Positions 37,836-50,515 are shown, counted from the stretch's first letter. The stretch: 64,000 bases of DNA from Macrostomum lignano (GCA_002269645.1 NIVC01000100.1:248001-312000), one strand, 5' to 3'. The notes: generated from the sequence alone by a model not told the origin. Translations and numbers: made by a program.

Positions 37836-38762
37836 TCAGCACAGTCCATACAAAAGCTCGACTTCGGCATCGCTCAGAGCTCTCTCAGACACACCGAAGC
37901 ATCTCATGTAGCCCTGGAACACGCGGTTGTGACCGGTATTGCGGCTGACAACTCCAATCTCCACGGTGCTGCCGAAATCCGCGCACGATGTGACAGCAGC
38001 TATCGGACCGCTGGTGGCTTTCTGAGTTCCGTTGACGTAGATCCTGATTTCCGGTGTCTGTCGGTCGTACACTGCGGCGATGTGGGTCCAACCGCTGGCC
38101 GTGTCAGTGGGTCCAGAAAACTTGAATTTCGCTAGTGGAGCCACCACATAGAGAAGTATGTCAGTGCTTGAGGGGTGAAGCCAGAACCGCGTGTTGTACA
38201 AGCCTTCCATAAGTGGCATCGCTCCTCTCGAAGCGTTGGTTACCTTGACCCACACTGACATGGTGAGGCTGGTGAGACACACTGAAGTCAGCTCGTCTAT
38301 GTTGAACCTCTCTGACACACCCGACTGACCGGTGAAGTTGACGGAGTCGTCCGTGTACTGCATCGGGATGTTCTCCTGCAGGTCGAGATGGCCGCTGTTC
38401 GAGACCGCATTGCGAGTCCGAGTGGCGTTGCTCATGGGCCAGAAGGCGACGAAGCCGAGCTGGCGCAGGGCGCTCCACGCCAGGCAGTCGGTGTCGTTCG
38501 TCAGACTGGCGGTCTGGAGACTGTCCGACATGTTGCAGACGCCTGCGCGGTGGCTCCATGCGATGCAGGGACGACTTGGCTGACTGGAGCACAGGAAGGC
38601 GCACATGCGGGCATTCGAGGCCGTCAGCGAGTGCTGCGGAGTCTGTGGCACCACGCAGCCTCCGAGAGAGACAACGTTTGGCAGGGTTCCATTGCTGCAG
38701 TGCGTCAGGATTGGCAGCAGAATTGCCACAGTCAGTCCTGCTAAGATGCTGCAGTTGCTCAT
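37836..38762 (-). CDS. Intronless secreted protein: signal peptide + PAN/apple + concanavalin A-like (LamG3-type) domain, 308 aa
   Basis: Hydrophobic N-terminus; C...MCAFLC...CIAWSH..VC (PAN); LTMSVWVK, WTHIAAVYD..IRIYVNG, FQGYMRCFGVSERALSDAEV (LamG3-like); acceptor CACCCAG two nt before the ATG. Confidence 0.82.
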   Translation of the reverse strand: MSNCSILAGLTVAILLPILTHCSNGTLPNVVSLGGCVVPQTPQHSLTASNARMCAFLCSSQPSRPCIAWSHRAGVCNMSDSLQTASLTNDTDCLAWSALRQLGFVAFWPMSNATRTRNAVSNSGHLDLQENIPMQYTDDSVNFTGQSGVSERFNIDELTSVCLTSLTMSVWVKVTNASRGAMPLMEGLYNTRFWLHPSSTDILLYVVAPLAKFKFSGPTDTASGWTHIAAVYDRQTPEIRIYVNGTQKATSGPIAAVTSCADFGSTVEIGVVSRNTGHNRVFQGYMRCFGVSERALSDAEVELLYGLC

Positions 38763-39169
38763 GTCTGGGTGAAAAGTTTTAGATGATGCAGCTGTAGGAA
38801 ACTCTCAGAAGCTGTAGGAGCTTCATTTTTATTTCAATACTTCCCCTACTGCTCTTGTCATGCGTTATAGCTGAAGACACCTCATCAAATATGCATCGGC
38901 TGAGGGAATTAGGAAAGGCAATCTGCCTATCCTACTGCTTTGACAAAACTTTTAGCAGCAAATTTCGCCAAGCCGCTTCACACGCAAGCGCGTTTTTAAT
39001 GAGGAAGAAATTTCCTACCGCCTCATCCTGCAGCTTCCAGTCGCTGTTTTTCTCCAACTGCGACGGCTGCAGAAACTCCGTGGAAGAATAATTAGCTGCC
39101 ATGCGAGGCAGCTGGGGCTGCGTGTTGCCGGAGTTACGAAACAATATGCTGAAGTATGCTCCATAACGG

Positions 39170-40415
39170 ATGATTGTGGCGCCTCTAATGCATAGATTGT
39201 GGCGCCTCTATTGCATAGATTGTGGCGCCTCTAATGCATAGATTGTGGCGCCTCTAATGCATAGATTGTGGCGCCTCTAATGCATAGATTGTGGCGCCTC
39301 TAATGCATAGACTGTGGCGCCTCTAATGCATAGATTTTGCATGTCGTCTCCAATGCATAGATTGTGGCGCCTCTAATGCATAGATTGTGGCGCCTCTAAT
39401 GCATAGATTGTGGCGCCTCTAATGCATAGATTGTGGCGTCTCTAATGCATAGATTGTGGCCCTCTAATGCATAGATTGTGGCCCTCTAATGCATAGATTG
39501 TGGCGTCTCTATTGCATAGATTGTGGCCCTCTAATGCATAGATTGTGGCGCCTCTAATGCATAGATTGTGGCGTCTCTAATGCATAGACTGTTCAGCCTC
39601 TAATGCATAGATTGTGCATGTCGTCTCCAATGCATAGATTGTGGCGTCTCTATTGCATAGATTGTGGCGCCTCTAATGCATAGATTGTGGCGTCTCTATT
39701 GCATAGATTGTGGCGTCTCTATTGCATAGATTGTGGCCCTCTAATGCATAGATTGTGGCGCCTCTAATGCATAGATTGTGGCGTCTCTAATGCATAGACT
39801 GTTCAGCCTCTAATGCATAGATTGTGCATGTCGTCTCCAATGCATAGATTGTGGCGTCTCTATTGCATAGATTGTGGCGCCTCTAATGCATAGATTGTGG
39901 CGTCTCTATTGCATAGATTGTGGCGTCTCTATTGCATAGATTGTGGCCCTCTAATGCATAGATTGTGGCGCCTCTAATGCATAGATTGTGGCGTCTCTAA
40001 TGCATAGACTGTTCAGCCTCTAATGCATAGATTGTGCATGTCGTCTCCAATGCATAGATTGTGGCGTCTCTATTGCATAGATTGTGGCGCCTCTAATGCA
40101 TAGATTGTGGCGTCTCTATTGCATAGATTGTGGCGTCTCTATTGCATAGATTGTGGCGCCTCTAATGCATAGATTGTGGCGTCTCTAATGCATAGACTGT
40201 TCAGCCTCTAATGCATAGATTGTGGCTTCTCTAATGCATAGATTGTGCATGTCGTCTCCAATGCATAGATTGTGGCGCCTCTAATGCATAGATTGTGGCG
40301 CCTCTAATGCATAGATTGTGACGCCTCTAATGCATAGATTGTGGCGCCTCTAATGCATACATTGTGGCGCCTCTAATTCATACATTGTGGCGCCTGTAAT
40401 TCATAGATTGTGCCG
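39170..40415. repeat. 23-bp satellite (GCATAGATTGTGGCGCCTCTAAT) with 210-bp higher-order repeat
   Basis: GTTCAG variant marker at 39591, 39801, 40011, then 40199. Confidence 0.95.
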
Positions 40416-40914
40416 CCTTAAATATAAATAGGCTTATTTTAAAAGCCTATAGGGGATAGCTCGTATTGCAGCTAACTAACCAAAATTTCAGTTATTTTGC
40501 ATTCTCTCTACTTGAAGTAGTCAAATCTAGATATGCATGATATGCGTTCCGCTTTTTGGAAAATTATCGCCTAAAAGTTTTCCATTCTATTTATTGGCCA
40601 TACAGCGAACTCTCAGTTTAAATATTTTATCGATGTACTTATAGATCCATTTAGTGCTGACTGAGGGCTGAAAGTGTTTTGAGTAAATAGCATAGCTACT
40701 AAAGGATTGGATCAATATGCACTCTAGCCTGGAGGCTGATCAATATTGAATTGGGGCATTATTAATGCGAGATACAGCTGCCACACTGTCAGCCTTGCCT
40801 ATCGCTGAAGAATTCGTCAATATATTGTTTTATATTTCTCAGTCGAAAGGAACTTCTCTGATCTTTTTTATGCTTTCAAGTATAAGATAAACTCCTCAGA
40901 ATACGCTTTCTGAC

Positions 40915-41225
40915 CCTCTTCATGATGCTTCAGGACCTTCATGATGCTTCAGGACCTTCATGATGCTTCAGGACCTTCATGATGCTTCAGGACCTTCATG
41001 ATGCTTCAGGACCTTCATGATGCTTCAGGACCTTCATGATGCTTCAGGACCTTCATGATGCTTCAGGACCTTCATGATGCTTCAGGACCTTCATGATGCT
41101 TCAGGACCTTCATGATGCTTCAGGACCTTCATGATGCTTCAGGACCTTCATGATGCTTCAGGGCCTTCGATCATAATGCTTCAGGACCTTCATGATGCTT
41201 CAGGACCTTCATGATGCTTCAGGAC
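40915..41225. repeat. 19-bp minisatellite (CTTCATGATGCTTCAGGAC)
   Basis: Near-perfect tandem copies. Confidence 0.95.
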
Positions 41226-42206
41226 GCGGCGCCAAAATGAGTGCCTGGGGCGCTAAAATGAGTGCTGACAACACCGATTCTGAAAATAATGTACATGTAA
41301 GGATTTTGTCATGTACATGTACATGTATAATTATTAGCTTTGTCCCCCTACCATAAAATCCATGGCGACACCCCTGGAACCGTCTGTCTGTACAAGAGGT
41401 ACGCCGGCATGCGTCCTACTGCCGGAATCAGTGCCTTGGGCGACATAGGGTCGATTCCATCGTAGTCAATAACCGCGGACCACGCAAAATGTGTGTGCAT
41501 ATTGACTACTCAATTGTGTCGACCTGTGTGACTGTCTGCTACATGCACTATTCATGGTTTACTGTTATCCCCTCTTTTGCTAAATCACCTGTTAACTCAT
41601 GCTTGTTCTAAAAATATATTTATTCGTCCTCAGATCAAAGACCAATATACGTTTAATGGTCCTGGTTTTCAGGACCATTAAAATATTTTTAGCATTCCGC
41701 GCGATAATTAACCCACAGACTACCACACTTTCCCGGCACATAAAGAGCCCAATCAAGGAATTCTAAATCTAGCAACTGGAATGACAACTGAAATATCAGC
41801 TATACAAGATGAGGCCAAGATTAGAGATCGCAAGCGTGCGACGTAAACATAGAGTATTTAAAAAGAAGGATCGTATTTCAAAGCATATTTCCGAAACAAT
41901 AACAAAAGCAGAGGAATGAAACGCGACACAAGAAGACGTTGAAATTATATCAATTTCTAGATGTAACACAAGTAGGCACAGGAGCATGTCAAGCAAGCAA
42001 AGCAAGAGTAGATGGCTTATAAACTGTAATTGAGAAACTGTAACAAAGAGTAAACAAAAAGAAACGAAAACTGCAAGCAAAATTCAGAAATGTCTGGCCA
42101 GCAAAGAAAGAATACAGCAATAAAACTAAATGAATCTCACTTTTGCCAGGCCAGTTACGCCAGTCTGGCTATACGCAAAATTGTTAGTGGGCACCACGCA
42201 TCAAAA

Positions 42207-43620
42207 TCAATGCTTCTCACCTGTGAGTTTTTGCAGTTTCGTCAACTTCCTCTTCAATGTTTGCTTTGTCTCAGCTTGATTGATCTGCTTTGTTAGCATA
42301 TTGGACATGCAATTAAAAAACCTGTTGATGATCTCGCGGACCAGATCATGGCCAGCGGTGCAGTGTGTCCTACCAAATAGAAAGTCACCATGATCTGTCA
42401 GCACGAGGTCCATCACGAGATAAAATGTCTCCCTTTGATTGAAAGCTGACAGAAGTTTGTGTTTTAGATTGGGTGTGTTCTTGACCTCTGTGAAGACACG
42501 CCAGCATAGCATGCTGTGCTGAGTCGTCTCATAGGCATGTAGTCGGTTGTAGCGCAATTTGAGATAGTCAGAGTTGTCCAGACCTGTAGACCCCATCCTC
42601 CTTGTTATTTTTCGAAGGACATTAACTGATGGCAGTATTAGCGATTTGGTCTCCAGAAGCCGCTGATAAGCAGCCGGACTCACAGAAAACAGAATATGAG
42701 AGAAAACGATCAACTCGTGTGAATAGCGTCAAGCATGCTTGTCCACATTAACCAGCTTGAGCTGCTCAGTAATAAAAGCCAGGCAAGACGGTGCACTGCC
42801 GTCCGACAGACAATTGTCCTGCTGGAGCAACTGTTTGAGACTATCTAGAGCAGCCTCTTTGTGGTCAACGTGGAATGCATTGGATTCAGTTGCAGACTTC
42901 ACAAAGGCCATTAAATTCACAAGCTGCGTGGCTGAACTCAGAGTTGAGGACACTGGAATGATGTGGCTGTACTGTTTTGGCGATACTGCCTGGCTGCCAT
43001 AAAAAACTAGGACTTCCAACTTACAAATTCACGACTAAGCAACTCTTGATCATGGGAGGTAGACCATTAGCTATAAGCATAATGCTGAGAGTGTCTGCTG
43101 ATTGATGCGCAGCAAATCCTGACGGCTTCTTCTCTTTCGAAAGCTTAGCGACCAGATCATCAAGTGAGCGAATTCTTTCACTGGCAAAATAGTCTCTCTC
43201 TTGTTGTTCCACTTGTGCGACATCAATCTCGTGACGCCGTTGCGACGATGCGTTTCCTGATCGCGAAGCTGGTGGAGTTTTTGTGAAATATGATGGCTGG
43301 TCGTGCTGTCGTGCTGTATTGGGTGGGAACTGCATCTTCTCTTAATCTTCTTTTTACAAGATTGGCACCTTCTTCGTGTTGTTTCTTTTTCCGATATGCA
43401 TTGCTGTCCTGATTCTCAGTAATAAAATCTGATTCCGTGAAGTGAAGAGAGCAAATTCGAGTGTGCTTCGATGGCTTGAAAGTTGCTTCTCGGGAAATGC
43501 TATTTAACCATTTTTCCAGCAGGTCGTCTCGATTCGGAAACTTGTGGAATTAAATCCTCGATGACCGTGTCGTTGCCGACTCGCTGCCGGACTCGCAGCC
43601 AAAAACGGCGCATTTGGCAT
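42207..43620 (-). mobile_element. Disabled, internally deleted THAP/P-element-family (THAP9-like) transposase
   Basis: THAP domain CAVFGC...FHKFP...KWL...RICSLHF...LREDAVPT (frameshift after the ATG at 43620, in-frame TAA); later YSRELIVFSHILFSVSPAAYQRL...LPSVNVLRK; the DDE core is missing; TIRs not found. Confidence 0.75.
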
Positions 43621-43939
43621 GCAGAGGACTCAAAACTTCTGCAGAGGACGCAGAGACTTGGCTTCAGGAAAGTCACTCTGGTAAATTAGTGCTTACAGGC
43701 TAAGACAAAATAAGGCGAGCGAAGCTGATTCTTCTTAGTGGCAATCTAAGTTGATGCAGCAAACAAAATCCTATGTCTGTGGCAATCGCAGTAAGCCTCA
43801 TCTTGTATAAAAAAGTCCTCACCGCTACTTCAGTTGTCATTCCAGTAGGATTTAGAATTCCTTGGTTTTTTAGAGCATGCACTACATAGCGAGTGCGGCC
43901 TTTACCTCAGCTTTCTTTAGACTTATCCCGTATTATTAC

Positions 43940-44414
43940 TGTCTGCGTGTCTTCTGTCTGTCTTAGTGTCTGCGTGTCTTCTGTCTGTCTGTCTTAGTGT
44001 CTGTCTTAGTGTCTGCGTGTCTTCTGTCTGTCTGTCTTAGTGTCTGTCTTAGTGTCTGCGTGTCTTCTGTCTGTCTGTCTTAGTGTCTGTCTTAGTGTCT
44101 GCGTGTCTTCTGTCTGTCTGTCTTAGTGTCTGTCTTAGTGTCTGCGTGTCTTCTGTCTGTCTGTCTTAGTGTCTGTCTTAGTGTCTGCGTGTCTTCTGTC
44201 TGTCTGTCTTAGTGTCTGTCTTAGTGTCTGCGTGTCTTCTGTCTGTCTGTCTTAGTGTCTGTCTTAGTGTCTGCGTGTCTTCTGTCTGTCTGTCTTAGTG
44301 TCTGTCTTGGTGTCTGTCTGTTTTAGTGTCTGTCTTAGTGTCTGTCTGTTTTAGTGTCTGTCTTAGTGTCTGTCTGTTTTAGTGTCTGTCTTAGTGTCTG
44401 TCTGTCTGTCTTAG

Positions 44415-44457
<43 letters not shown>

Positions 44458-44646
44458 CTTAGTGTCCGTCTGTCTGTCTGTCTATGTGTCTGCCTGTCTG
44501 TCTTAGTGTCCGTCTGTCTGTCTGTCTATGTGTCTGCCTGTCTGTCTTAGTGTCCGTCTGTCTGTCTGTCTATGTGTCTGCCTGTCTGTCTTAGTGTCCG
44601 TCTGTCTGTCTGTCTGTCTATGTGTCTGTCTGTCTGTCTGTCTGCC

Positions 44647-44697
<51 letters not shown>

Positions 44698-44698
44698 G

Positions 44699-44735
<37 letters not shown>

Positions 44736-44770
44736 GCCTGTCTGTCTATGTGTCTGTCTGTCTGTCTATG

Positions 44771-44815
<45 letters not shown>

Positions 44816-44890
44816 GCCTGTCTGTCATGTGTCTGTCTGTCTGTCATGTGTCTGTCTGTCTGTCTATGTGTCTGTCTGTCTGTCTGTCCG
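43940..44890. repeat. Compound (TGTC)n microsatellite with ~43-bp higher-order unit at left
   Basis: GTGTCTGCGTGTCTTCTGTCTGTCTGTCTTA... units grading into (TGTC)n. Confidence 0.95.
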
Positions 44891-45889
44891 TGTTTCGAGA
44901 AGTTAGATGAAGAGAGTCAAGTTCAAATCAGTATGTTTGCACAGAAGTGCATTAGATATTTAGCTAGTGCATTAGATATGCTTTTTAAGTAAAACAAAAT
45001 AAGTTTCTGCCTCATTATTTCGTGCACCAACAAAAAGAATTAAGCAACTTAGAATAAAAACACATTTATTTATTACAGTACATTAAGTACTAACTTTGCA
45101 AGCAGTCAATCTACTCACAAGGCCAACAGTGCAAAAATGAGCAGGCAAAAATAATAACCAACAACTCTGTTTGAATCTGTTTAATTAACTTATATTCAAA
45201 CAGCTACTGAACAATATTCTATCTTCTAGATATCTACTAGAATAGCCAGCTATACCAACAAAGACTTCCGAGTGCAGATGGCGATCGAAGAAAGTTGAGT
45301 TAAGTTTGGGGACAGCTAAAAATCTACGAGCGTACGTGTACACCAGAGTGCATTTGCACGCATGAAAGACTTTCGAAAAAAATAGAAAAAAATAACACCC
45401 TAAACGCGTATAAACTACTCATGTTAAGTAGTTTTCGTCTATTGTCGATTTCGAAGCTCTGAAAAAACAAGTTTACACGCTCGCGCCAGACTGGTGCAAG
45501 AAAGTACAAAAATAGATGACATATACTCGTATGTGTCAACAAAGGTTAAAGTTCATTCATGAGACTAGGCAGGTAAATATCTCCGATTAGACGTCTCTCT
45601 TGGTGGCAATTTTGTGTGCTAATTTTGCAAGCAAAAAAATCTAATCTGTCACAAAAGCATTCACTGGGATTGTTAAGGTGACGGGCTGTTTAATAGAGTT
45701 AATATTATTGGTCATGTGCAAGTTTGCTATTATTAAATATAGCAAAAACTGAACGCATGCAAAGCAGTTAAAGCAGGTTATCTGTCTCGGCAGAATTTAA
45801 TGTCTGACATCCTTAACTGAAAGTTAATGTACTAGGCCAACAAGGGGCGTGACATGGGGATTGCTGGGAAGTTTAGTATGACAATCCTG

Positions 45890-46330
45890 ACAGTCCTGAC
45901 CTGACACCTCCTGACATCCCTTATCTGACAACTCCTGATATCCCTGATCTGACAACTCCTGATATCCCTGATCTGACACCTCCTGATATCCCTGATCTGA
46001 CACCTCCTGATATCCCTGATCTGACACCTCCTGATATCCCTGATCTGACACCTCCTGACATCCCTGATCTGACACCTCCTGACATCCCTGATCTGACACC
46101 TCCTGATATCCCTGATCTGACACCTCCTGACATCCCTGATCTGACAACTTCTGACATCCCTGATCTGACACCTCCTGATATCCCTGATCTGACACCTCCT
46201 GATATCCCTGATCTGACACCTCCTGACATCCCTGATCTGACAACTCCTGACATCCCTGATCTGACACCTCCTGACATCCCTGATCTGACAACTCCTGACA
46301 TCCCTGATCTGACAACTCCTGACATCCTCC
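45890..46330. repeat. 24-bp minisatellite (CTGATCTGACACCTCCTGACATCC)
   Basis: Tandem copies; produce the repetitive ORFs in three frames. Confidence 0.95.
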
Positions 46331-46689
46331 TGCACACGCCCCCAATTTAGAAAATAAACTCTAATCTGGACACGCAAAACACACAAACAAAAATAGAGGG
46401 CAAAGTCTGTTACTTTAGTTAAGCAAAGAATAGTTTTAAAAAAAGATGGTTAAAAAAGCATGTACCAAACAGAACACTGTTTTATAAGGAATGTTTTTTC
46501 TGACAGCCTGCACAAATAGCAATACGGGTACAAGTTATAAAAATAATCTTTTAAAGAAAGAAAAGTGTGTCAAACAACACACGCAAGAGAAAGTGCGACA
46601 AAGTTGAAAACAACATTAAAAACGGTTCTGTTGACGTGGACGGATTTTGGTAGGCAGCCAATCTTTGTCATAAAAACATTTTGCACAAT

Positions 46690-47285
46690 TATCTACACTC
46701 TCCTTGCTTACCCTATACTATCTGCTTATCTACCCTACACCCCTTGCTTATCTACTCTACACTCTCCTTGCTTACCTACCCTATACTCTCCTCGCTTACC
46801 TACCCTACACTCTCCTTGCTTACCTACCCTACACTCTCCTTGCTTATCTACCCTACACTCTCCTTGCTTATCTACCCTATACTCTCCTTGCTTATCTACC
46901 CTACAGTCTCCCTGCTTATCTACCCTACATTCCTTCTTATCTACCCTACACTCTCCTTGCTTACCTACCCTACACTCTCCTTTCTTATCTACCCTACACT
47001 CTCCTTGCTTACCTACCCTACACTCTCCTTTCTTATCTACCCTACACTCTCCTTGCTTACCTACCCTACACTCTCCTTTCTAATCTACCCTACACTCTCC
47101 TTGCTTACCTACCCTACACTCTCCTTTCTTATCTACCCTACACTCTCCTTGCTTACCTACCCTACACTCTCCTTTCTAATCTACCCTACACTCTCCTTGC
47201 TTACCTACCCTACACTCTCCTTTCTTATCTACCCTACACTCTCCTTGCTTACCTACCCTATACTATCCTTGCCTATCTACCCTAT
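46690..47285. repeat. 24-bp minisatellite (CTACACTCTCCTTGCTTACCTACC) with alternating variants
   Basis: Tandem copies just downstream of the NIM1K stop. Confidence 0.93.
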
Positions 47286-47424
47286 AGTGTCTGCTCATCT
47301 ACCATTTACTCTCAGCTCATTAACATCGCTGCGCAGTATTAAAAATTGATCTCTTCTCATTTCAAAAAAAATTAATGAAAAAATTTTTACAATAAAAACA
47401 CAATTGAGTTGACAGAGCGCAGAG

Positions 47425-48231
47425 TTACAGTACAGTACATGCTTTGCTGCTTGCCTGTTGCTGCTGCTGCTGCTGCTGCTGTCTGTCACCGCCGCCTCTG
47501 CGACCGCCGCCTCCGCCACCACCGCCGCCGCCTCCTCGCTGCCTCTCCTGTCGAGACAGAGCAGCACTGGACGGCGGAGTGAAGGTGATCTCGCCAGACT
47601 CCCGCTTGTGCACCTTGTGCAGCGCAATCCGATAAGTTCCAGTTATTGACGATCGATAAGATTTGCCGGAAGCTTCTTCTAGTAGAGACTCGCTAATGCC
47701 TAATTGTTGCAGATTCTTGCGCACCTCCAATTCTTCGGGTCGCAGATCCGCCCTGTTAGCCACTCGCCTGGGGTTCATCTCGTACTTCTCCAGAGCGGGT
47801 AGGAACTCCTCTCCCTCAAGCCAGGCTGAGGATTGAATATCGGACATTGTGGCTCGGTCTGGCGGGCTCAGTCTCAGAATAGAGGCGATCAATGCTTGAG
47901 CAGGCTCAGACAGGAAGGCTGGCATGCTGTACTCGCCGGCTAGAATAAGCTTCTTTAGCCTGCCAACCGTGTCAGCTCGGAATGGCATCAGGCCTGTGAG
48001 CATGAAATAGAGCATAATGCCCAGAGCCCAGATGTCAACTCGAGGTCCTTGATAAGAGTCATCTCGGAACAGTTCGGGCGCAGCGTAGGGCGGCGAGCCG
48101 CAGAAGGTGTTGAGCTCCTGCTGCGGCTTGGCCAGAGTGCTGAATCCGAAATCGCCAACCTTCACGTGCGACGGGCCGGAGAAGAACACGTTCTCGGCCT
48201 TCAGGTCGCGATGGATCACGTTATGGTCGTG
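47425..48231 (-). CDS. NIM1K: NIM1-like Ser/Thr kinase, last coding exon (subdomains VIb-XI and tail ending in CTVL)
   Basis: CCAAAG|CAC acceptor; HRDLKAEN, DFG, LNTFCGSPPYAAPELF, DIWALG; TAA at 47425-27; phase matches exon 2. Confidence 0.92.
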   Translation of the reverse strand, partial: HDHNVIHRDLKAENVFFSGPSHVKVGDFGFSTLAKPQQELNTFCGSPPYAAPELFRDDSYQGPRVDIWALGIMLYFMLTGLMPFRADTVGRLKKLILAGEYSMPAFLSEPAQALIASILRLSPPDRATMSDIQSSAWLEGEEFLPALEKYEMNPRRVANRADLRPEELEVRKNLQQLGISESLLEEASGKSYRSSITGTYRIALHKVHKRESGEITFTPPSSAALSRQERQRGGGGGGGGGGGRRGGGDRQQQQQQQQQASSKACTVL

Positions 48232-48299
48232 CTTTGGGTGCCGGGGCGGAGGGTGAGGGGGTTTTGTTCAGTAACTTGGCAGTGCGGATTTGGTGCAGC

Positions 48300-48725
48300 T
48301 TGAGTACAGCAGAGTGGGTTGGAGCAGAGTAGATTGGAGTAGAGTAGACCCGAGTAGAGTAGATTTGAGTAGAGTAGACCCGAGTAGAGTAGATTTGAGT
48401 AGAGTAGGTTTGAGTAGAGTAGATTGGAGTAGAGTAGATTGGAGTAGAGTAGATTGGAGTAGAGAAGACCTGAGTAGAGTAGATTTGAGTAGAGTAGATT
48501 GGAGTTTACTCCAATAGTAGATTGGATTCTACTCCAGATTGGAGTAGAATAGACCTAAGTAGAGTTGATTGGAGTAGAGTAGATTTGAGTAGAGTAGATT
48601 GGAGTAGAGTAGATTAGAGCAGAGTAGATTTGAATAGAGTGGGTTGGAGTAGAGTAGATTGAAGTAGAGTAGATTTGAGTAGAGTAGATTGGAGTAGAGT
48701 AGATTGGAGTTGAGTAGATCGGAGT
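48300..48725. repeat. (AGAGT)-based 15-bp repeat, NIM1K intron 2
   Basis: GAGTAGAGTAGATTG-type units. Confidence 0.9.
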
Positions 48726-49084
48726 AGCATAGAAAAGTTAATGGTATTGACAATGCTGTACCCAATAGTACGAGTACTGCACAGAGAAAATATTTAAGGA
48801 AAATGAAGAAAAATAGAAAAGCATTCCATTTCGTGCTTGAATGCAATTATGTTGAAATTATTTCTACAGAAAACGAAAAAATCAACGAGAAAACAAGCTG
48901 CTCGTTAAAGCTTTTAAAAGCAGAAAAGGTTTCATTGCTGCTTCTTCTGCCCTCAATTGTTCAATTTCGTTATGAAAATTCGACATTGTTTGTTAGAAAG
49001 TCGCGCAGTGATGAAAATGCGTGATTTTAACGGTTTTTGTCTGTTATTGAATCTTGAATTTTTGTAAATCTGGGCATCTAGTAG

Positions 49085-49595
49085 ATAGATTGTGGCGCTT
49101 CTAATGCATAGATTGTGGCGTAGCTAATGCATAGATTGTGGCGTCTCCAATGCATAGATTGTGGCGCTTCTAATGCATAGATTGTGGCGTAGCTAATGCA
49201 TAGATTGTGGCGTCTCCAATGCATAGATTGTGGCGTAGCTAATGCATAGATTGTGGCGTCTCCAATGCATAGATTGTGGCGTATCTAATGCATAAATTGT
49301 GGCGTAGCTAATGCATAGATTGTGGCGTCTCCAATGCATAGATTGTGGCGTATCTAATGCATAAATTGTGGCGTAGCTAATGCATAGATTGTGGCGTCTC
49401 CAATGCATAGATTGTGGCGTATCTAATGCATAAATTGTGGCGTAGCTAATGCATAGATTGTGGCGCCTCTTGTGCATAGATTGTGGCGCCTCTTATGCAT
49501 AGATTGTAGCGCCTCTAATGCATAGATTGTGGCGCCTCTTATGCATAGATTGTAGCGCCTCTAATGCATAGATTTTGGCGCCTCTTATGCATAGA
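49085..49595. repeat. Second array of the 23-bp GCATAGATTGTGGCG satellite, with 69-bp higher-order repeat
   Basis: ATAAATT marker at 49292, 49361, 49430; same family as 39170-40415. Confidence 0.93.
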
Positions 49596-50145
49596 TCTTA
49601 CTCGTAGAAGCCTATATCGAATAGATTCCGTCATCCTTAAAAGTACAACTACGAGTAACTCAGCAATGGACTGCATTTATCCCAGAAACCCTCCGCCGCA
49701 CTCGATACACTTTTTTTTCCTTAGATTGATTTTGTCAATCGATTTACAGAGTTCAAGCAATCATCTTCTACTGAGTAGCCAGTTACTCTGATGTTTGCTT
49801 TACAGAAAGCACACACACAAACACACCCATTGCTTGATTGTCTTAATGGCATTGTCACGCGTCTTGCATTACATGGCTTGGACAAAGCCATAAATCGATC
49901 CCAAGGATTAACTCTTGTCAAAGTAGATCCCTGCAGAACAGCTAGCTTATCAAGTAATGCACTAATCCCACTTCTGTATAGAGATTCCTATCATCCGATA
50001 TCGTTATCCGCAAGAGCAGGAAAAACTGCTCACAAAAGAAAACACTTTTCCCTTTCGAGTTGCCAATCAAGCGGAGGGGGAAACGATATTTCGAACCCAA
50101 GCAAGCTCAAGCAGCAGCAAGGGTATCAACATCGCACTCGCTCAC

Positions 50146-50414
50146 CATGTGCTTGATGGCCGAAGCCACTTGAGAGAAAATCACCCGGGCGTGCCGCTCA
50201 GAGAAGCGACCCTCCGACGTGATCTTAGTGAACAGCTCGCCGCCTGGAGCATACTCCATCACTATGTGAATCTTAGCGACGCTCTCCATCACTTCGTACA
50301 GGCGGATCACGCACGGGTGGTGCAGGCGCTCCATCACGCTGACCTCGCGCGACAGCAGCCGCTGCGTCTTCGCGTCCAGTTTGGTTTTGTCCAGAATTTT
50401 GATGGCCACTTTCT
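50146..50414 (-). CDS. NIM1K: NIM1-like kinase coding exon 2 (subdomains II-VIa)
   Basis: TCTCAG|AG acceptor, ATG|GTGAG donor; EKVAIKILDKTKLDAKTQRLLSRE...HPCVIRLYEV...MEYAPGGELF. Confidence 0.93.
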
Positions 50415-50474
50415 CTGAGAAAGGGGATTTTAGGGGGGTGGGGTGAGGCTAGCGGATGAGGTGGATAGATGGAT

Positions 50475-50484
50475 GGAGAGACAG

Positions 50485-50515
<31 letters not shown>

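Noticed and set aside
41360-41378. hAT-like terminus (minus strand CAGGGGTGTCGCCATGG)
   Set aside because: No matching second TIR or TSD found in the window
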